In this document: in pieces, positions 33,514 to 46,486 of the stretch
Layout: every line of letters starts with the position of its first letter
Numbering within the stretch: position 1 is the first letter of the stretch
Assembly: GCF_036321535.1 (NCBI RefSeq)
Contig: NC_087453.1
Location: forward strand, 47,058,001 to 47,122,000
Source: Camelus dromedarius
Taxonomy: Eukaryota
Reading direction: 5' to 3'
Length of the DNA stretch: 64,000 nucleotides
Made by a program: the position numbers and the translations under genes
The notes under the pieces: generated by a model
What the model saw: only the letters and a program-made list of their open reading frames with translations
Databases searched by the model: none
Told to the model about the DNA's origin: nothing

Positions 33514-34177
33514 TGAGACAGGAGGGAAGGGGGCAGGGCACAGCCATTCAAGGAATGACGCAGCCATTAACACCGAAGTGGTGGAAGGGTCAACTCCCAG
33601 TCGGCCTTGAGGATCAAGATGGCAGGAGATTGACTTCCAGGACACCTCGAGCTTCACTTTACGCTCATTGTAACATACTAGCATGGTGAGTAGCATGCCC
33701 ACAGGCGCCATGACGGTGGCAAAGCTAATCATAAAAGGTCAAAGAGTGGGCTGTGGCCCAATTCCTGGGAATCCCAGCCCCTTCCCCAGGGCAGTGGGAA
33801 TGGTCCTCCCACTCGTTAGCATGTGAAGCTCTGGAGCCCATAGGAACTGGCAACACCACACCTCGTGGCCGCCTCTCTCCCTCCCTCCTCTTTGGAGACA
33901 GCCCGCGCTCTGTCTATGGCGTGTGCACCTACTTTTACTCTAACCTGAGCACCCAACCCTGCACCTCGTGGCCTTTCTCTCGCCTTCTGGAACAGCCTGC
34001 ACTCCATACACTATGTTATCTCTCTAAATAAATCTACCTTCACTCAACTGTGGCTCGCTCCTGAATTCTTTCCTGCACGAAGCCAAGGACCCACACTTGG
34101 TGGGGCACGTCTCAGGGGCTCCACCGAGACATGGGACACGGCCCTCCTCTTGCCCCACATCCGTTTTTCCTGTATCA
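33514..34177 (+). mobile_element. Solo ERV1-class LTR (664 bp) with 4-bp target-site duplication, nested in an old L1 3' fragment
   Basis: Starts TGagacaggaggg and ends tgtatCA. AACC flanks both sides (33510-33513, 34178-34181), AATAAA lies near 34027, and the flanks rejoin into L1M-like sequence. Confidence 0.85.
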
Positions 34178-34329
34178 AACCTAGCACAGGAAGTCCCGTG
34201 TACCCAGACTCACAATCATTACCATTTGGACACATTTCCAATACCATTTCCCCTTTTTACATTCGTTGTATTATTGTGTCTACACCCCTAACTACTTCAG
34301 CGTATTTTCTAAAGACAAGAACTTAGGTT

Positions 34330-35150
34330 TTGGTATCTGTTTTTGTTTTCATTTGTCTTAAAAGAGATTTTCTAATTTCTGTTTTGATTTCTTCTTTGAC
34401 CCAAGGATTGTTGAAGAATGTGTTGTTTAATTTCCATGCATTTGTGCGTTTCCATGATTTCCTAAGAAATTGATTGCTTGTTTTATTCCTTTGTGGTCAG
34501 AAATAATACCTGGAATGATTTTAATTATCTTACACTTGTCAAGACTTATTTTGTGCCCCGGCCTGTGATCTGTCCTCAGAAAGCTCCCTGTGTGCTCAGA
34601 AGAATGCGAGCCCTGCCGCGGTTGGGCGGGATGTTCTGTATACGCTCGCGAGGTCCATTGGGTCTACAGTGTTCACACCTGCTCTCTCCTTACGAACGCT
34701 CTTCCTGGATGCCTTGGAGGCAGGATATTGAAGTCTCCACCTGTCATCGCGTTGCTGTCTGTTTCTCCGTCCGCTGCACGTGTTGAGGTGCTTTGAGGTT
34801 GGATGTCTATATGTTTATAATTGTTGTTTCTCCCTGTTGCAATGTCACTTTCATCGTTATGTAATGACGCTTTGTTTCCTGTGACAGTTTTGACTTGAAG
34901 TCTATTTTGTCTGAGGTAAAGACAGCTTCCCCTGCTGCCTTTGGTTCCTATTTGCGCAGAATACGTTTTTCCAGCCCCTCACGTTCAGCCTGTGTGTGTC
35001 CTTGAGTCCACGGGGAGTCTCCTGTAGACAGCGTGCGGTTGGGTCTTGCTTTTTTATCCATTCAGTCATTCTAGTGTTTTGATGGGTGAGTTTAATCCGC
35101 TTTTGTAAAGTGATCACTGGCGGATAAGGACTAACTGGTGCCACTTCACT
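34330..35150 (-). mobile_element. Degenerate L1 ORF2 (endonuclease region) fragment
   Basis: ORF 34902..35186(-) reads EWIKKQDPTARCLQET...KDTHRLNVRGWKNVFCAN, matching the L1 ORF2p APE-like endonuclease N-terminus. Confidence 0.9.
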
Positions 35151-35859
35151 CGCTGTGCTCTGTCTGTCTGGCGGTTCTGCCCTCACTCCACGGGAAGATG
35201 CGTGGACATCTGGAAATCCCCTGGACTGGCCAGCTCAGGGCTCAGACTGTGTTTATCGTCCGCTCCAACCATCAACTCTTGTTTTTCTTTTGTTTCCATA
35301 GAAATGCTTCTTATTAAACACCTGATGCAAAAACTTACACCTTTCAGGCCTAACTTCGGGTGTTGCATCACTGCCTCCCAAGATGAGACACAACCCTTCA
35401 CTGAACTCCTGTGTTCTCAAACTTGCATCACTGGTTCAGTGAGATGTGGAGCAACCTGTCAACTCAGGACGGGTCAGACCTGCTGGACCGGGTGGCCCAG
35501 GGCGTTACAATGTCTCACAGCGTCACCCAAACTTCTGACCAGATTCCCACGGCCGCCGAGATCAGCGAGCCATTTTAGGGCTGGACGCTTCAGGTTTGGG
35601 GCAGTGGCTGTGAACTGGATTTCAGATCTTTGCCTGTGTAATTATTACAGGATCTGCCACTCTAGCCCCATTTAGATGCGTAATTTCTTCATTACAATGT
35701 ACCAGCACCCAGGCCGTTGAAGTCCTTCCCCTGAACTCCGGGGAGTTGTACCGTAACCCTTCATAGCTGGCTTTTCCTTTCATGATGCACGTGCCTGGCC
35801 TAAGCTTTGCTTGGAGAGGCGTCTGTTTCAAAGGTGGCTTTCTTGGATAAACGCATTGC

Positions 35860-36200
35860 CGGCCACGTGGCTAGACCAGGAGCCGGTCCTCCCTGCCCCC
35901 GCCAGGGCCTGGCTCCTTCGTCTTAGGGGTCTTCAGCTGATTTAGATAACTGGCCATTTGGCCACTCCACCCTCGCCCCATTTTTCTTCCTGAGCTTTAA
36001 TTCGCACTCTTGTGTTTTAAATTCATCAGTAAAGGGTGACCCTGTGAAACCCTAGGCCCCCAGCCTCCATCTCAATAAAAGCAGAACCCCAGCCTAGCGT
36101 TCTCTCTCTACCCGCCAAGCTGCGCCCTGCACCATCCAGGATCTGTGAGCAATAAACCTTGTCTCTTTCAATGTTTCCTGATGGTTACGGCTCAGGACGT
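35860..36200 (+). mobile_element. Probable LTR remnant
   Basis: LTR-like U3/R features: aataaaagcagaacccc and ctgtgagcaataaaccttgtc...gtttcctgatgg. Family not determined. Confidence 0.45.
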
Positions 36201-38074
36201 CTTGCAGTCACAGGAAGAACCACAAGGGCCAGCCCAGCCACAGCTCTTGTTCCAAAAGGGGAACCTGCGGCCCAGGTGGGTGCCCCCAGCACGGCCAGTC
36301 GGTGGTGCGGCTCAGAGCAGCGGTCTTGCTGATGTCGCCCGCTCCTTGCTCTGATTCTGAATGTAATTCGTTGTCTTCTCCGCTTTATCGCCGCGAAGCT
36401 GGAGGCCAGGAAGGCACCGCGAGGGCCTGTGCTCAGGACCTTCTGTGCCTACAGTCAGGTTTCTTGGGGAAACCAAGTAGAAAGAGGAGAATTCTGGAAA
36501 ACGTCCTTCAGGTTAGCTTTCAAAACAGAAACAGAGGAAGGAAAAAACCACAAAAGAAGAAAGTCAACTATGAAAGTTCGAGCCTGTGTGTCCCCTTGAC
36601 TAGGCCGTGGGGTCCAGCTGCTGGCCAGACACTGGTCTGGACGTCGCTGCAAAGGTGCTGTGCAGACGTGAGTCACAGCTGCACCCAGTCAACCTTAAGT
36701 AAGGAGCTGACCCTCGAGAACACGGGGTGGGCCGCGTCCGGATGGGCCGAGCCTGCAGAGGAAAGCAGGTCCCCGGGAGGAAGAGGGTTCTGCCTCAACG
36801 TGGTGACGTAGGTCCCGCTGGGGTGCGCCCTGCTGGCCCTCCTGGCGGCCTCCAGACTTGCCAGGCTCGACAGTCACACAAGACAACTCCTTAACATAAT
36901 GTACGCACACCTTAGTTCACATGTATCTTTTCATATATGTGTTACTTCACATATATATTCCACACATACATTATTTCACACCTACGTTATTTTGTATATA
37001 TATGCACATTATCGACTCTACTTCCGTGGCGAACCCTGACCGATACACTCCTTCAGCTGAAGGATGAGGGACGTGTCCTTAGGACTTCAGGTCTCTGAGG
37101 ACCTGGGCCGATGAGACCAACGTGAAGTACGAAGCGAAGCAAAGTGATACCAGGGAGATGGGGGGGTGGCGGCGGGGAGGCCGGAGGGACCGGTGCTGTC
37201 CAGCTGCCCTTGGAGGGGGCGCTGGGAAGGTGAGAGGCATGAGGGTGGAAGCCGTTACTGAATCGGAAACAGTGACTGGGCATCTCAGATGAAGAGAAGA
37301 GAGGTCTCAGGAGAGGCTGGAAGGCACCTTTGGTGGAGGTGTAAGACCCGTGAAACTGCTATGGGGGGTACTGGGCAAAGGTTACCCCTAGTTGGAACAG
37401 TTGGGGGCTTGCCCCTAAGCCTGTCGGTCACCCGAGGAGCGGGACTTCAGCAGCTTGGGTGGGGCCTGGGGTCCACACTGACTCAAATCTCTCAGGTGGT
37501 CCTCTGGGGTGAGGAGCCCAGCTTGCAACTGGGTCAGCTTGCCAGTCAATGCCACCAGCCCCAACTCACCAAAGCTCTACTTCCAGGGGTTCCTGGGGGA
37601 CGCAGACCCTACAGGTGGGGATACCAATTGGCTTCAGCACCAAGGAATGTCCCTGATGAACCCAAGGACACTAAGGGAGGGCAGCAGAGGTGGGACTTGC
37701 AAGAGGGAGCTTCTGGTGGGAAGTGTCTCCTTAGATGCAAGTCATGCGTCTCAGGAAGAGAGGAGGGACAAGACTTGCTCCAGCAGCAGATGATCTGGGC
37801 AGCCAGACGTCACTGACGTACATCCTGCGTACGGACTTTGAGGGAGCAGGGAGTGAGGGGCTGGGAGGCCAGGCACAAGACATTGCAGGGGGGCACTCAG
37901 TTCGGCAGGTGACACAAGTCAGTTAGGAAAGGCCAGGGACCAACCTACAGACAGGTGGAACCATCACAAACTTACCTGACCCTCGCTGCGCGGCCAGAGG
38001 AGGAGCAGTTCTGATTCAGCTGGTGGCTGAGCATTCCTGCAGTGACAGCAGTGGCTCTCAGACCTCACTCTGCT

Positions 38075-38400
38075 CCGCAAGCCCCCCCACCCCCATCACT
38101 GTGCAGCAAGTTCGTGACTTCAAGCAGTGAGCATCAATTATCTCACAGTTTCTCTGTGTGAGGAATCCAGGTTCAGATGAACTGGGTGCCTCCAGCCCAG
38201 TGCACCGCCAGTCTGCAGTCAGGCTGTCGGCAGAGATGCACTCTCAGACGGAGGCTTGGCTGCGCCGGCTGGCTGGGGGTTGCTTCCAGGCCTACCCCCT
38301 CCACTCCCCCCGCCCCCCGGGTGGCTGCTGGCACGTCTCGGCTCCAGCAGGGGAAGGGATTACACAGGGGTGTGACTCCCAGCAGACGGAGCTCAGGGGC
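38075..38400 (-). mobile_element. MLT1 (MaLR) LTR remnant
   Basis: attatctcacagtttctctgtgtgaggaatccagg...gcagtcaggctgtcggcagagatgca...gaggcttggctg resembles reverse MLT1F/G. Confidence 0.65.
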
Positions 38401-39014
38401 ACCAGCCGGGGCCGCCCGCCGCGGTTTAATGCAGGTTATTGGAACCATCCCAGACCTTCTCATTCAGCAGGGCTGCTCAGGGCCCAAGAATTGTCATTCC
38501 CAACAAAGTTCTCAGCTGGCATTTCCGCTGCTGCTGCTGGTCCCAGGACTACACTTTGGAAATTGCTGATTTAAAACCCCGGTGCGCAGTCACCAAGGGA
38601 AACAGGCCCCAGCCGTGGCAGGAACTTGGCCTTCACCCACGGGCCCAGCCCCGAGCCTCCGTGGCTGAGATTCTGGCTGAGCCTGAGCTGAGTAAGAACT
38701 CAGGGAGGATCCTTTGTGAGCTTAAGACTTAGGCTGTCTAGCTCACACAAGGACAAGAGGCTATTTGGGGTGTCAGTTCCCAGGACTCCATCTTGCAAGA
38801 GGAGTTAATCTTGAACTTAATTTTCCCTGGGAATGAGAAAACAGGGGTCAGGGTGGGTGGAGATGTCTGTGTTGGCTTGTCATTAGAGGACAATTGTGTG
38901 ATTGTCCTTGCTTCATTCTGTTGACGCTTGGAAATGTGGCCGGAAATTATTTGGGATGGGAAAGAGAACACTCAGCAAACATTTGGTTTGGGTAAATTGT
39001 AGCTTTGGGATGAG

Positions 39015-39225
39015 GGTTTTAAAACGCAGCTTTATTCAGATATAATTCGCACGCCACACAATCCAACCATTCAATGGGTGCAGTTCAGTGGTTCTAGTAT
39101 AGTCACAGAATTGTGCAAATACGTCCGTAATCTAATTTTAGAATGTTTTCAGTAACCCCTAAAGAACCCCCCCACCCATAGCAGCCACTTCCTACCCCTC
39201 TGCCCTCTGCCACCCCAGCCCTTAG
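39015..39225 (-). mobile_element. L1MB-like 3' fragment
   Basis: cagctttattcagatataattc...cagttcagtggttctagtatagtcacagaattgtgcaa...ttttagaatgttttc. Confidence 0.75.
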
Positions 39226-39396
39226 TCTCATAAAGGGTCACAGCTCTTTTAGAGGGGACGTTCCTTCCTGGGCTGGAAGGGGCCACGATGACTCGTGACC
39301 CCACTACTCCTCACTTTAAATACACAGGTCTGGGCTGTATAAACTGTCAGTAATTCGTCAACGTCCAGCCCTCTGTCTCAAGAACTCACATAACTG

Positions 39397-39545
39397 CATT
39401 GTTTTTTTTTTTAATTGAAGCACAGTCAGTTACAATGTGTCAGCTTCTGGTGTCCAGCACCATGTCCCGGTCATGTCTCTACATACATACCTTCATTTTC
39501 ATAGTTTTTTTCATTAAAGGCTCCTACAAAATACGGAATACCATA
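39397..39545 (-). mobile_element. L1 3' end fragment (younger, lineage type)
   Basis: ttttttttaattgaagcacagtcagttacaatgtgtcagcttctggtgtccagca... Confidence 0.6.
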
Positions 39546-40013
39546 AGATATCACTCACAGGTGGACTCTAAAAAAAAAAAAAGGAAAGGAAAAAGAGGAC
39601 ACAAATGCACTTTGACCTCTCACGGGCGGAGCAGTTCTCGGAACTTTCTGAGAGGCTGTTCCCGGGTTGTATCTTCAGTTTGGCTCGAATAAAATTTTCC
39701 ATTCCTTTCTTAGAGTAACTGACTTTTTTTGGCCACACAGCTGAATAGACACAATAAAAGTGTAAACACACGGCAAGACGTATTTTATTCAAAAATGAAA
39801 ACTTATATATTAGACATTGTCCATTTTTTTTCCCCAATCAGGATATAAGTTCAATGTTGTTCTAGATCAAAACACAGTAATTCTACTTTTTGAACGTGAA
39901 AACAAATTTTTTCGTCTGGAAGAATAAATACAACAAATTTAGAAATAAACTTTTATTAAAGGATAAAGAAAATGGTTCTCACCTAACGTATATTAAAACA
40001 TTAAATTTGAAAT

Positions 40014-40100
40014 GGAGGGGAGGGCACAGCTCAGTGGCAGAGCACGTGCTAAGCGTGCAGGAGGTCCTGGTACCTCCATTAAAAAAAAGAAAAAAAAGGA
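40014..40100 (+). mobile_element. tRNA-derived SINE (Vic-1 type), internally shortened
   Basis: ggggagggcacagctcagtggcagagcacgtgctaagcgtgcaggaggtcctggtacctccattaaaaaaaag. Confidence 0.85.
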
Positions 40101-40914
40101 AAAATGGAGCAGCTGGCACAGAAGCATAAAGCCCTCTAGGTTTCGCACTGAGATGCAGAAAGTGACCCCTGACGCTGTTTGAAGCAGTTCTCGGAGCCCT
40201 CGGAGAAGCGAGGCTAATCACCTCATTTGGAAAAACGGAGGCAGACTCTTACAAGACCCCCAAAAATAGTCAGTAACATTCTGACTGGAGCCCTACGGCG
40301 CATTTATGTGACAGACTCCAGTGGCTTCGTGTGTTGTGTGCTGACCTCGGTGTTCACAGACAGGAACACACGGATCCCCGAGACCCCACGAGGAAGGGGC
40401 TCTGCTGTCCCCTCCCTGATGACACGCAGGGAGCTGGGGACCACACAGCCAGGGGGATTCTCACCCAGCAGCCCTGGGCTTCACCCCTTCAGTGTGTGTA
40501 CCCCCCCACACACACACGTGTCCACGGTGGTCCCCCGACCTGGCGGCAGGTGACGCTGGCTTTCGCCCGGAGCTCTGCTGGGGCCGTCTCCGGGGCACCC
40601 CCCGGGAGCCTCTCCAGCCAGGCTTCTCCCACAGCACACGTCCCAGGGAGCTCGGGAAGGACGCCACAGGCCGCCTGTGCACCCTGGAGGTCATGGGACC
40701 ACTGCTTCTGCAGTTTTCGGTTGAAGGGGTCACAAGCCCACCCAGAGTCAAGAGGTGGCTTACAGACCCCACCTCTCCATACAAGGAGTGTCACCGTTTT
40801 AAGCCACTGCAAAATAGAACAATGAAAAAATACCTAAAACTTATTGACCGTCTATCCAGAGCCAGACACTGGGCTAAATCTATTTATATGAACAATTTCA
40901 CTTAAATTATACAC

Positions 40915-41352
40915 AAAGAGGGAAACCGCAGCCCCCAAACGGTGTCACTTGCACTAAAGCCCGGGATAGGAAACCCAGACCTAAGGCCTCGCCTGACCGC
41001 AGTCCCCACCTGCCCAGAAGTGTCGTCTTCGTCCACAGCACGGAACCTTCCGGGCAGCACCGCGAGGCGTCTGTCACGTGGGGCCTCCCCATCCCCAGAG
41101 GAAGAAGAGGCAACTGCCTGGTAAAACCCACGCCTTCTCTGTTCCCTTTCCCCCCAGAGAAGGCGTCTGGGCCCCAAGCAACCCTCCCTTTTCATTCGCT
41201 GACTTCCCCGCCCTCCCTTCCTAGAGGAGGCTTCCACCTTCCAGGGCTCCCGTGACCCCCTTCTAGCCCCTGCATGGAAAGCTGCTGGAGTCCCGAACCG
41301 TTGAATAAAGCCAAGATCTTTGGCTGCACTTGGCCGAATTCTGTTTTTTAAC
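40915..41352 (+). mobile_element. Probable ERV1-like LTR remnant
   Basis: gaataaagccaagatcttt...gaattctgttttttaaCA terminus typical of LTR U5. Family uncertain. Confidence 0.45.
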
Positions 41353-42863
41353 AACACAAGCTTAAAATAAACAAACATAGAAGTCCAGCCGCGCAGATGA
41401 AAGTTGCAAGGGCTGTGGCTCTTCCCTACACACGCTGTCTGGGTGGCGTCCGGCATGGCGAGCCCTCCAGGCTACCCGCCCCCTCTCCAGCCCTGCCCGC
41501 TGCCCAGGGGCGCTGGGGGCCCTGGGGTGGCGCCAGTTAGAACCCTGCAGTGTGGGCTGTGGAGCAGGAGGCTGGGCGGTGGGCCGAGCAGAGCACCCCG
41601 ACCTCCGCACGGAACAGGGCACTGGAACTGTCCGCAGAGGATTTTACGGGAAACCATCCTGGAGGCTGTCATTACTCCCCCATGAAGGAAAGTCTCTGCG
41701 GAGGCCTTTGCACCAGGCCACCACCTCTGTGTCCTGTCTGCCCAGCCAACATGTCTGCAAGTCCCGGGGCCCCCTGCAGGGCCCAGCCCCAGGCCCAAAC
41801 CTGGCCAGTGCACACTCCTCAAGTCCCTAAGCCCTCTGTGAAGTCGCGTCTGGGGTGAGAAGGTTCTGCTGGGACCTCAGGAAGGTGAGAGACAGGGACG
41901 GCAAACTCCTTGGGGGCAGCAGTCCCCACCCTCCTCCCGGACCCTCCTCCCGGCGTCCTGGTTCTGGCTCTGCTGATGCCGTGGGGTGCCGGCCTCAGAG
42001 CCGGGTTCACTGCAGGAGGCTGGTCAGCGCCACCCTGAGCGTGGCAGGTATCTGGGAACACTGCCTGGGTGGTCAGCGGTGAGGAGGGGTCTCCCTCAGG
42101 AGCGAACGGTCCACATGAGGACTCTGCAGGGAACGGAGCCAGGACTGGCTTGCTCCCGGCTCGGGGCACCAATACCCACTCTTCTGCGAATGATGGCGAC
42201 ACTGAGAGGTGACATTCTGTGCTAATTAAGCAGTCCTTAGGAAAAGCAGCAGCCCACCCCGCACGTGGAGCTCTGCACTGAGACTTGTTTTAACCGGGAA
42301 CCCAGGAAGGGGCAGGAGGGGTGTCACTTCAACTTCACCCCCAATTCCGCCCTTGATTGACCTTGATTCCGATCGCCCCACCCCCATCAGTTACACATAC
42401 TTTAATTTTAGTTTTTGTCTCTTTGTAGGGGCCCAAAGTTCTCTGCAGAAACAGAGATGTAAATCATGACTCACTTTGTTTCTAGGGAACATTTGTGACC
42501 ATGACAGTGCCTCCCAGGAGTATGACCAGCTCATGCACGTGGCTGGAATCCACCTGCCGGGGCAGCCCTGGGCCTGGCTCAGGCTCCGTCTCATATTCCG
42601 CCTCCTGGCGGTCCCCCCACCCACCCCCCGCACCGACTGGCTTCTTTCCAAGTGCAGTAGCCCCTCCTCACCCTTCTTCGGGCATCGAGAGCCAGCGCCC
42701 AAGTCCCCTGCAGTGCCCGTGTGGCCGTGCCGGCTCTCAGCTCCCCGTCTGCCCACCCTCAGAGCCCGTGAGACAAGGGGCTGTCCCTCAGATGACCGCC
42801 CCCACCCACCCTTCCGTGTCAGCCCGAGACAGTGAACAACCCAAGGGGCAGCTGCTGTGACCG

Positions 42864-42869
42864 TTTAAT
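42864..42869 (-). terminator. Putative CST3 polyadenylation signal ATTAAA
   Basis: tttaat on the + strand, 220 nt past the CST3 stop. Confidence 0.65.
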
Positions 42870-43088
42870 CGAGCAGAATACAGAACACGCACACCCGGCG
42901 CACTGGGAAAGCAGAAGAGGTGCCTTAGAGCCGCTGAGCAGCTCAAAGAGTGCTGAGAAACCCTCTGTGTCGCTGGGGCCGACGCACGGAGGGGACGTCC
43001 CCCAGGCAGGCCGCCCATCTGAAGCGCGGGTGCTCCGTGGGGGGACGTGCGTGAGAGGCGGTCAGCGAGCCCGCCTGCCGCCTGGCCC

Positions 43089-43172
43089 CTACTCAGCCTG
43101 ACAGCTGGACTTCCCCATGGAGACGACGCCCAGCCAGGGGACGGTGTGCACCTGGAAGGAGCAGAGCATCTT
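43089..43172 (-). CDS. CST3: Cystatin C exon 3
   Basis: Acceptor ctccctccgcAG; KMLCSFQVHTVPWLGVVSMGKSSCQAE*, containing the PW motif. Confidence 0.96.
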   Translation of the reverse strand, partial: KMLCSFQVHTVPWLGVVSMGKSSCQAE

Positions 43173-43935
43173 CTGCGGAGGGAGAGAGGGACCGTTAGTC
43201 AGGGCTACAGGTAAAGAGGAGAACGCGCAGCGCCCGGCCCGGACTTCAGAGTGCGGGAGGCGGGGCGGCGGTGGGACTTTCAGCTGCCACCGCCCAAGCC
43301 CTGAGCCCCAAGCCCGATCCGGCAGTGACCTCTCAGTCACCCGCCCACGGTTCCAAGTCCAGGCACTGGCATCGTGTCCCCTACCCGTGCAGGGCTCCAC
43401 AGTGGTGCCCCCGGCACAGCCCTGGAAGGGAGAACCCCGGCAAGGCCACAGAGCCCCCGAGGGAGCGGGGCACATCCCGTCTGCCACCCCGAGTGGCTGG
43501 CACTAAGGCAGGTCCAGGGTGAGGACCCAGGGGCTGGGACCAGGTCCAGGAAAACCCCAGACAAAGGCACAACCTGAGACAGGTGACAAAGCAGTGCAGC
43601 CCTCCCAGAGGCCAAGACCCCCGAGAACTGGCCCAGCCCCCGGGAGAGTTCGGTAACTGGTGAGCGGGGCTGGATTTCAGCCATTTATGGCCTCTAATTC
43701 TCTGTAATCTGCCGGGGTGGCCAGATTAGGGAGCCCTTTCTCCTCCCCGGCTGCTTCCTCGGTCCTACAGGCAACAATCCCCAAAGCTCACAGTGCCCCA
43801 GTTCCCCAGCAAAAGCCCTCTCATAAATTCAGTCTAGTCACATGTGCACACACACGTGCACATCCCCAGCACTCACCCTTGGCCCACCCCCACGGGCACA
43901 GCCACACCCACCCCTCTGCCCCCATCAGCACATAC

Positions 43936-44049
43936 CCTCTGCAAGTGCGGCTCATCGTGGAAGGGACAGCTGGCCAAGTTGGGCTGGGACTTGGTGCATG
44001 TGGTTCTGCCAATCTCCACTTCCAAGAAGTACTTCATCCCGGCCACGAC
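43936..44049 (-). CDS. CST3: Cystatin C exon 2
   Basis: 114-nt exon, cAG/GTATGT. VVAGMKYFLEVEIGRTTCTKSQPNLASCPFHDEPHLQR, completing the Q-V-V-A-G inhibitory loop. Confidence 0.97.
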
Positions 44050-45599
44050 CTGGACATGCGGAGGGCAGATTTGTTTACAACACCCGTCAACTGCACACGC
44101 AGTTACCCTCCTCCCGCCGCGCCTCCACGCCAGCGACCCCCATTCACAGAGCCACGCTCAGAACTCCCCCCGACGGCTCTGCGCCCCAGGCCCTTGCTGG
44201 ACTTGTTAACCAGCCGCTCCAACAGGCATCTCCCTCAGGAACCCCGAAGGTGGAAGCCAGGGACCCGGTCCAGGAACAGAAGGCGCAGCTCTGGGGAGCC
44301 AGTCCAGTGTGGGCGAGCAGCCGGCCAGCGCCCGGAGCCAGGGCAGGGACCAAGCACAAGGTGGCGGCCCCACACCAGGGCCCAAACTGCCTCTGCAGGA
44401 AGACAGTCGCCTGGTGATTACACTTCAGCAAAACTCCACTCACCAGTGTGGAGCCCAGAGCACCTCGCTCCCTGCACGCATTCAGGGCTGACTTACTCCC
44501 TCCCGTAAGGAGAGAACGCATGCGTGTTTGGGCCAATAAGAGACCGCCTCTTCACTGCTATTTCTGATGAGAATACTTCTGAAGTGTGCCACATACCCCA
44601 CGTCTTTGACACCCGAGATTACAGACTAGAAGTGAACCCTGTCCTCACACAGGCATTCCAGACGCGCCTCGTTAGAGCTTGGAGAAGCAGGGGTGAAGGG
44701 CTGGCACCAGGCTCCAGACCCTGCGCGGTGGAACCACAGTGAGTCCTGGGGTCCCTCTGCTGTCGGTTCCCCCACGTGGCGGATGAGCTAGTGTCACAGT
44801 GGAGAAGTGCAGGTTGGCGGGGACCTGGTGAATGGGCAGTGCACGTCCCACCCAAAGGGGACAGTGCCAGCCCACTGCTGCTGGGGGAGAAATGCGCCCA
44901 GTCCTGAGCCATCTGCTGACACACGCAGGACCACGCTTTTGGTGCTATGTGGCTGCATCCTGCTCTTGAGTGGTGGTCTAAATTCTAGCCTTCCTTCAAG
45001 GACCAGCCCTTTCTGACCCTCTCTCTCGTCCCCTTCTCCACTCCAAGGAGGAGCTCCTCATCTGGCCAGAACCCCAGGCAGGCTGGCAGAGGCAAGGGTC
45101 ACGCTGTCGGTAAAGGCATGCCCATCTCAGGGTGGGGGTGGGATGTCACAACCTGGGGACTGCTGCCATGGATGTGACCTGTGGGCGGAATCTACTGTCC
45201 AGGAGCCTTTGGATTCATATACCAGTGCCCCTGCTTCAGGGTGCACAGACACCACGTGCCAGCTCACAGACTCGTCTGTCAGCTGATAACTCGTCTGTCA
45301 CTGCCCCTCTGGGAGCAGTGAGGCCCCGCAGGGAGGATATTTGGGATGTCTGCCCTCAACGCCACTGCACAATGAGGACCTGAAGGCCAGGTAACTTCAG
45401 TGGCACCTGCTGAGAGAAGGCTTGCATGCCCTTCCGTGTGACCCAAGTCTCATCTCCAGGAAACATCAGGCCAACCCAAATCCAGCAACAGTCTGAGCCT
45501 CAACTGGCTGGACCCTTCAGAAATAACGCCAAGGTCACGGGACAGAGCAGGGGCCGCCCCAGAGCAAAGGAGGTTGCTGGACAGTGGCTGCAGTGTGTG

Positions 45600-45900
45600 G
45601 CCCAGGAGTGTTCTTGGCTGTAAAGGACACAGTGGACGGTCAGCATCATCTGAATAAAGTCTGTGTATTGCGTAACATGCCCTTGTTTTTAGGAAATATA
45701 CACAAAGGTGTTTACCCTCAAGAGAGTCAGAAAAACAAATGCATACATACATCCAGACACACAGTAGGATGAGGTACACCGAGCAAACGTGGCAACGTTC
45801 TAACGTTAGAGGAATCTGCCTGAAGAAGCTAGAGGTTCTATGCACTGTTTTTGCAATTGCTAAGTCTGAACTCATACCAAAATAAAAAGTTTAAGAGGAA
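45600..45900 (+). mobile_element. Old L1M 3' fragment in CST3 intron 1
   Basis: gaggaatctgcctgaagaagctagaggttctatgcactgtttttgcaa...ctaagtctgaactcataccaaaataaaaagttta. Confidence 0.6.
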
Positions 45901-46486
45901 GAAGTGCTTAAAGAATTATTCAGTGGCAGAGTCAGGAGGGTGGCCAGGCGTGGGTCTGTTTTTTTCCCTCGTCCGTGGTCATTTAGTTGAAAACTCAGCC
46001 GAGCCCCGGGATCCCGGAGGTTGGGCCCTGACCCGGCGCCGACCCGGAGAGCCGGCGGGTCCAGCCACTCACGCCGACACCCGGCGATGGGCTGCGGGCG
46101 CCGCGAAAGGCCCGGCCGGGGTGAGAAGCGCGTTAGCGGCAATCCACGCGGCCCCGAGGGGCTTCGGGAGACCCTCCCCAGAGCCCGCGGCCGGCGGGAG
46201 CGGGGCTGGTGACGGAGCGCGGGCCACGCCCCCCGGGAGGCCGGGCCTCCAGCAGTCAGGGCCGCCCCACCCCTGCGCCCCCTGCCTAGCTCCTGGCCTA
46301 GCACTGGGGCCCCGCGCCTCCTCCTCCCCCCGGGACCCCGCACCCCTCCCCCCTGCCCCCGCACCCCAGTCCCGTGCCCCTAACCCCAGGCCACGTTACC
46401 CCGGCCCCGCGCCTCCGCTCCCTCCGTCCTCCCCCCACCCCCTCCCCGGGCGCCGCGCCCCCCGATCCCTTCCCCCGGCCCCGTAC

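Noticed and set aside
42487-42565. Possible + strand relic of a cystatin exon 3 (tttctAG|GTFVTMTVPPRSMTSSCTWLESTCRG)
   Set aside because: Only short patches (gtgcct, atgacc, gaatccacctg) resemble cystatin C exon 3. The PW and first Cys are missing and no partner exons were found.
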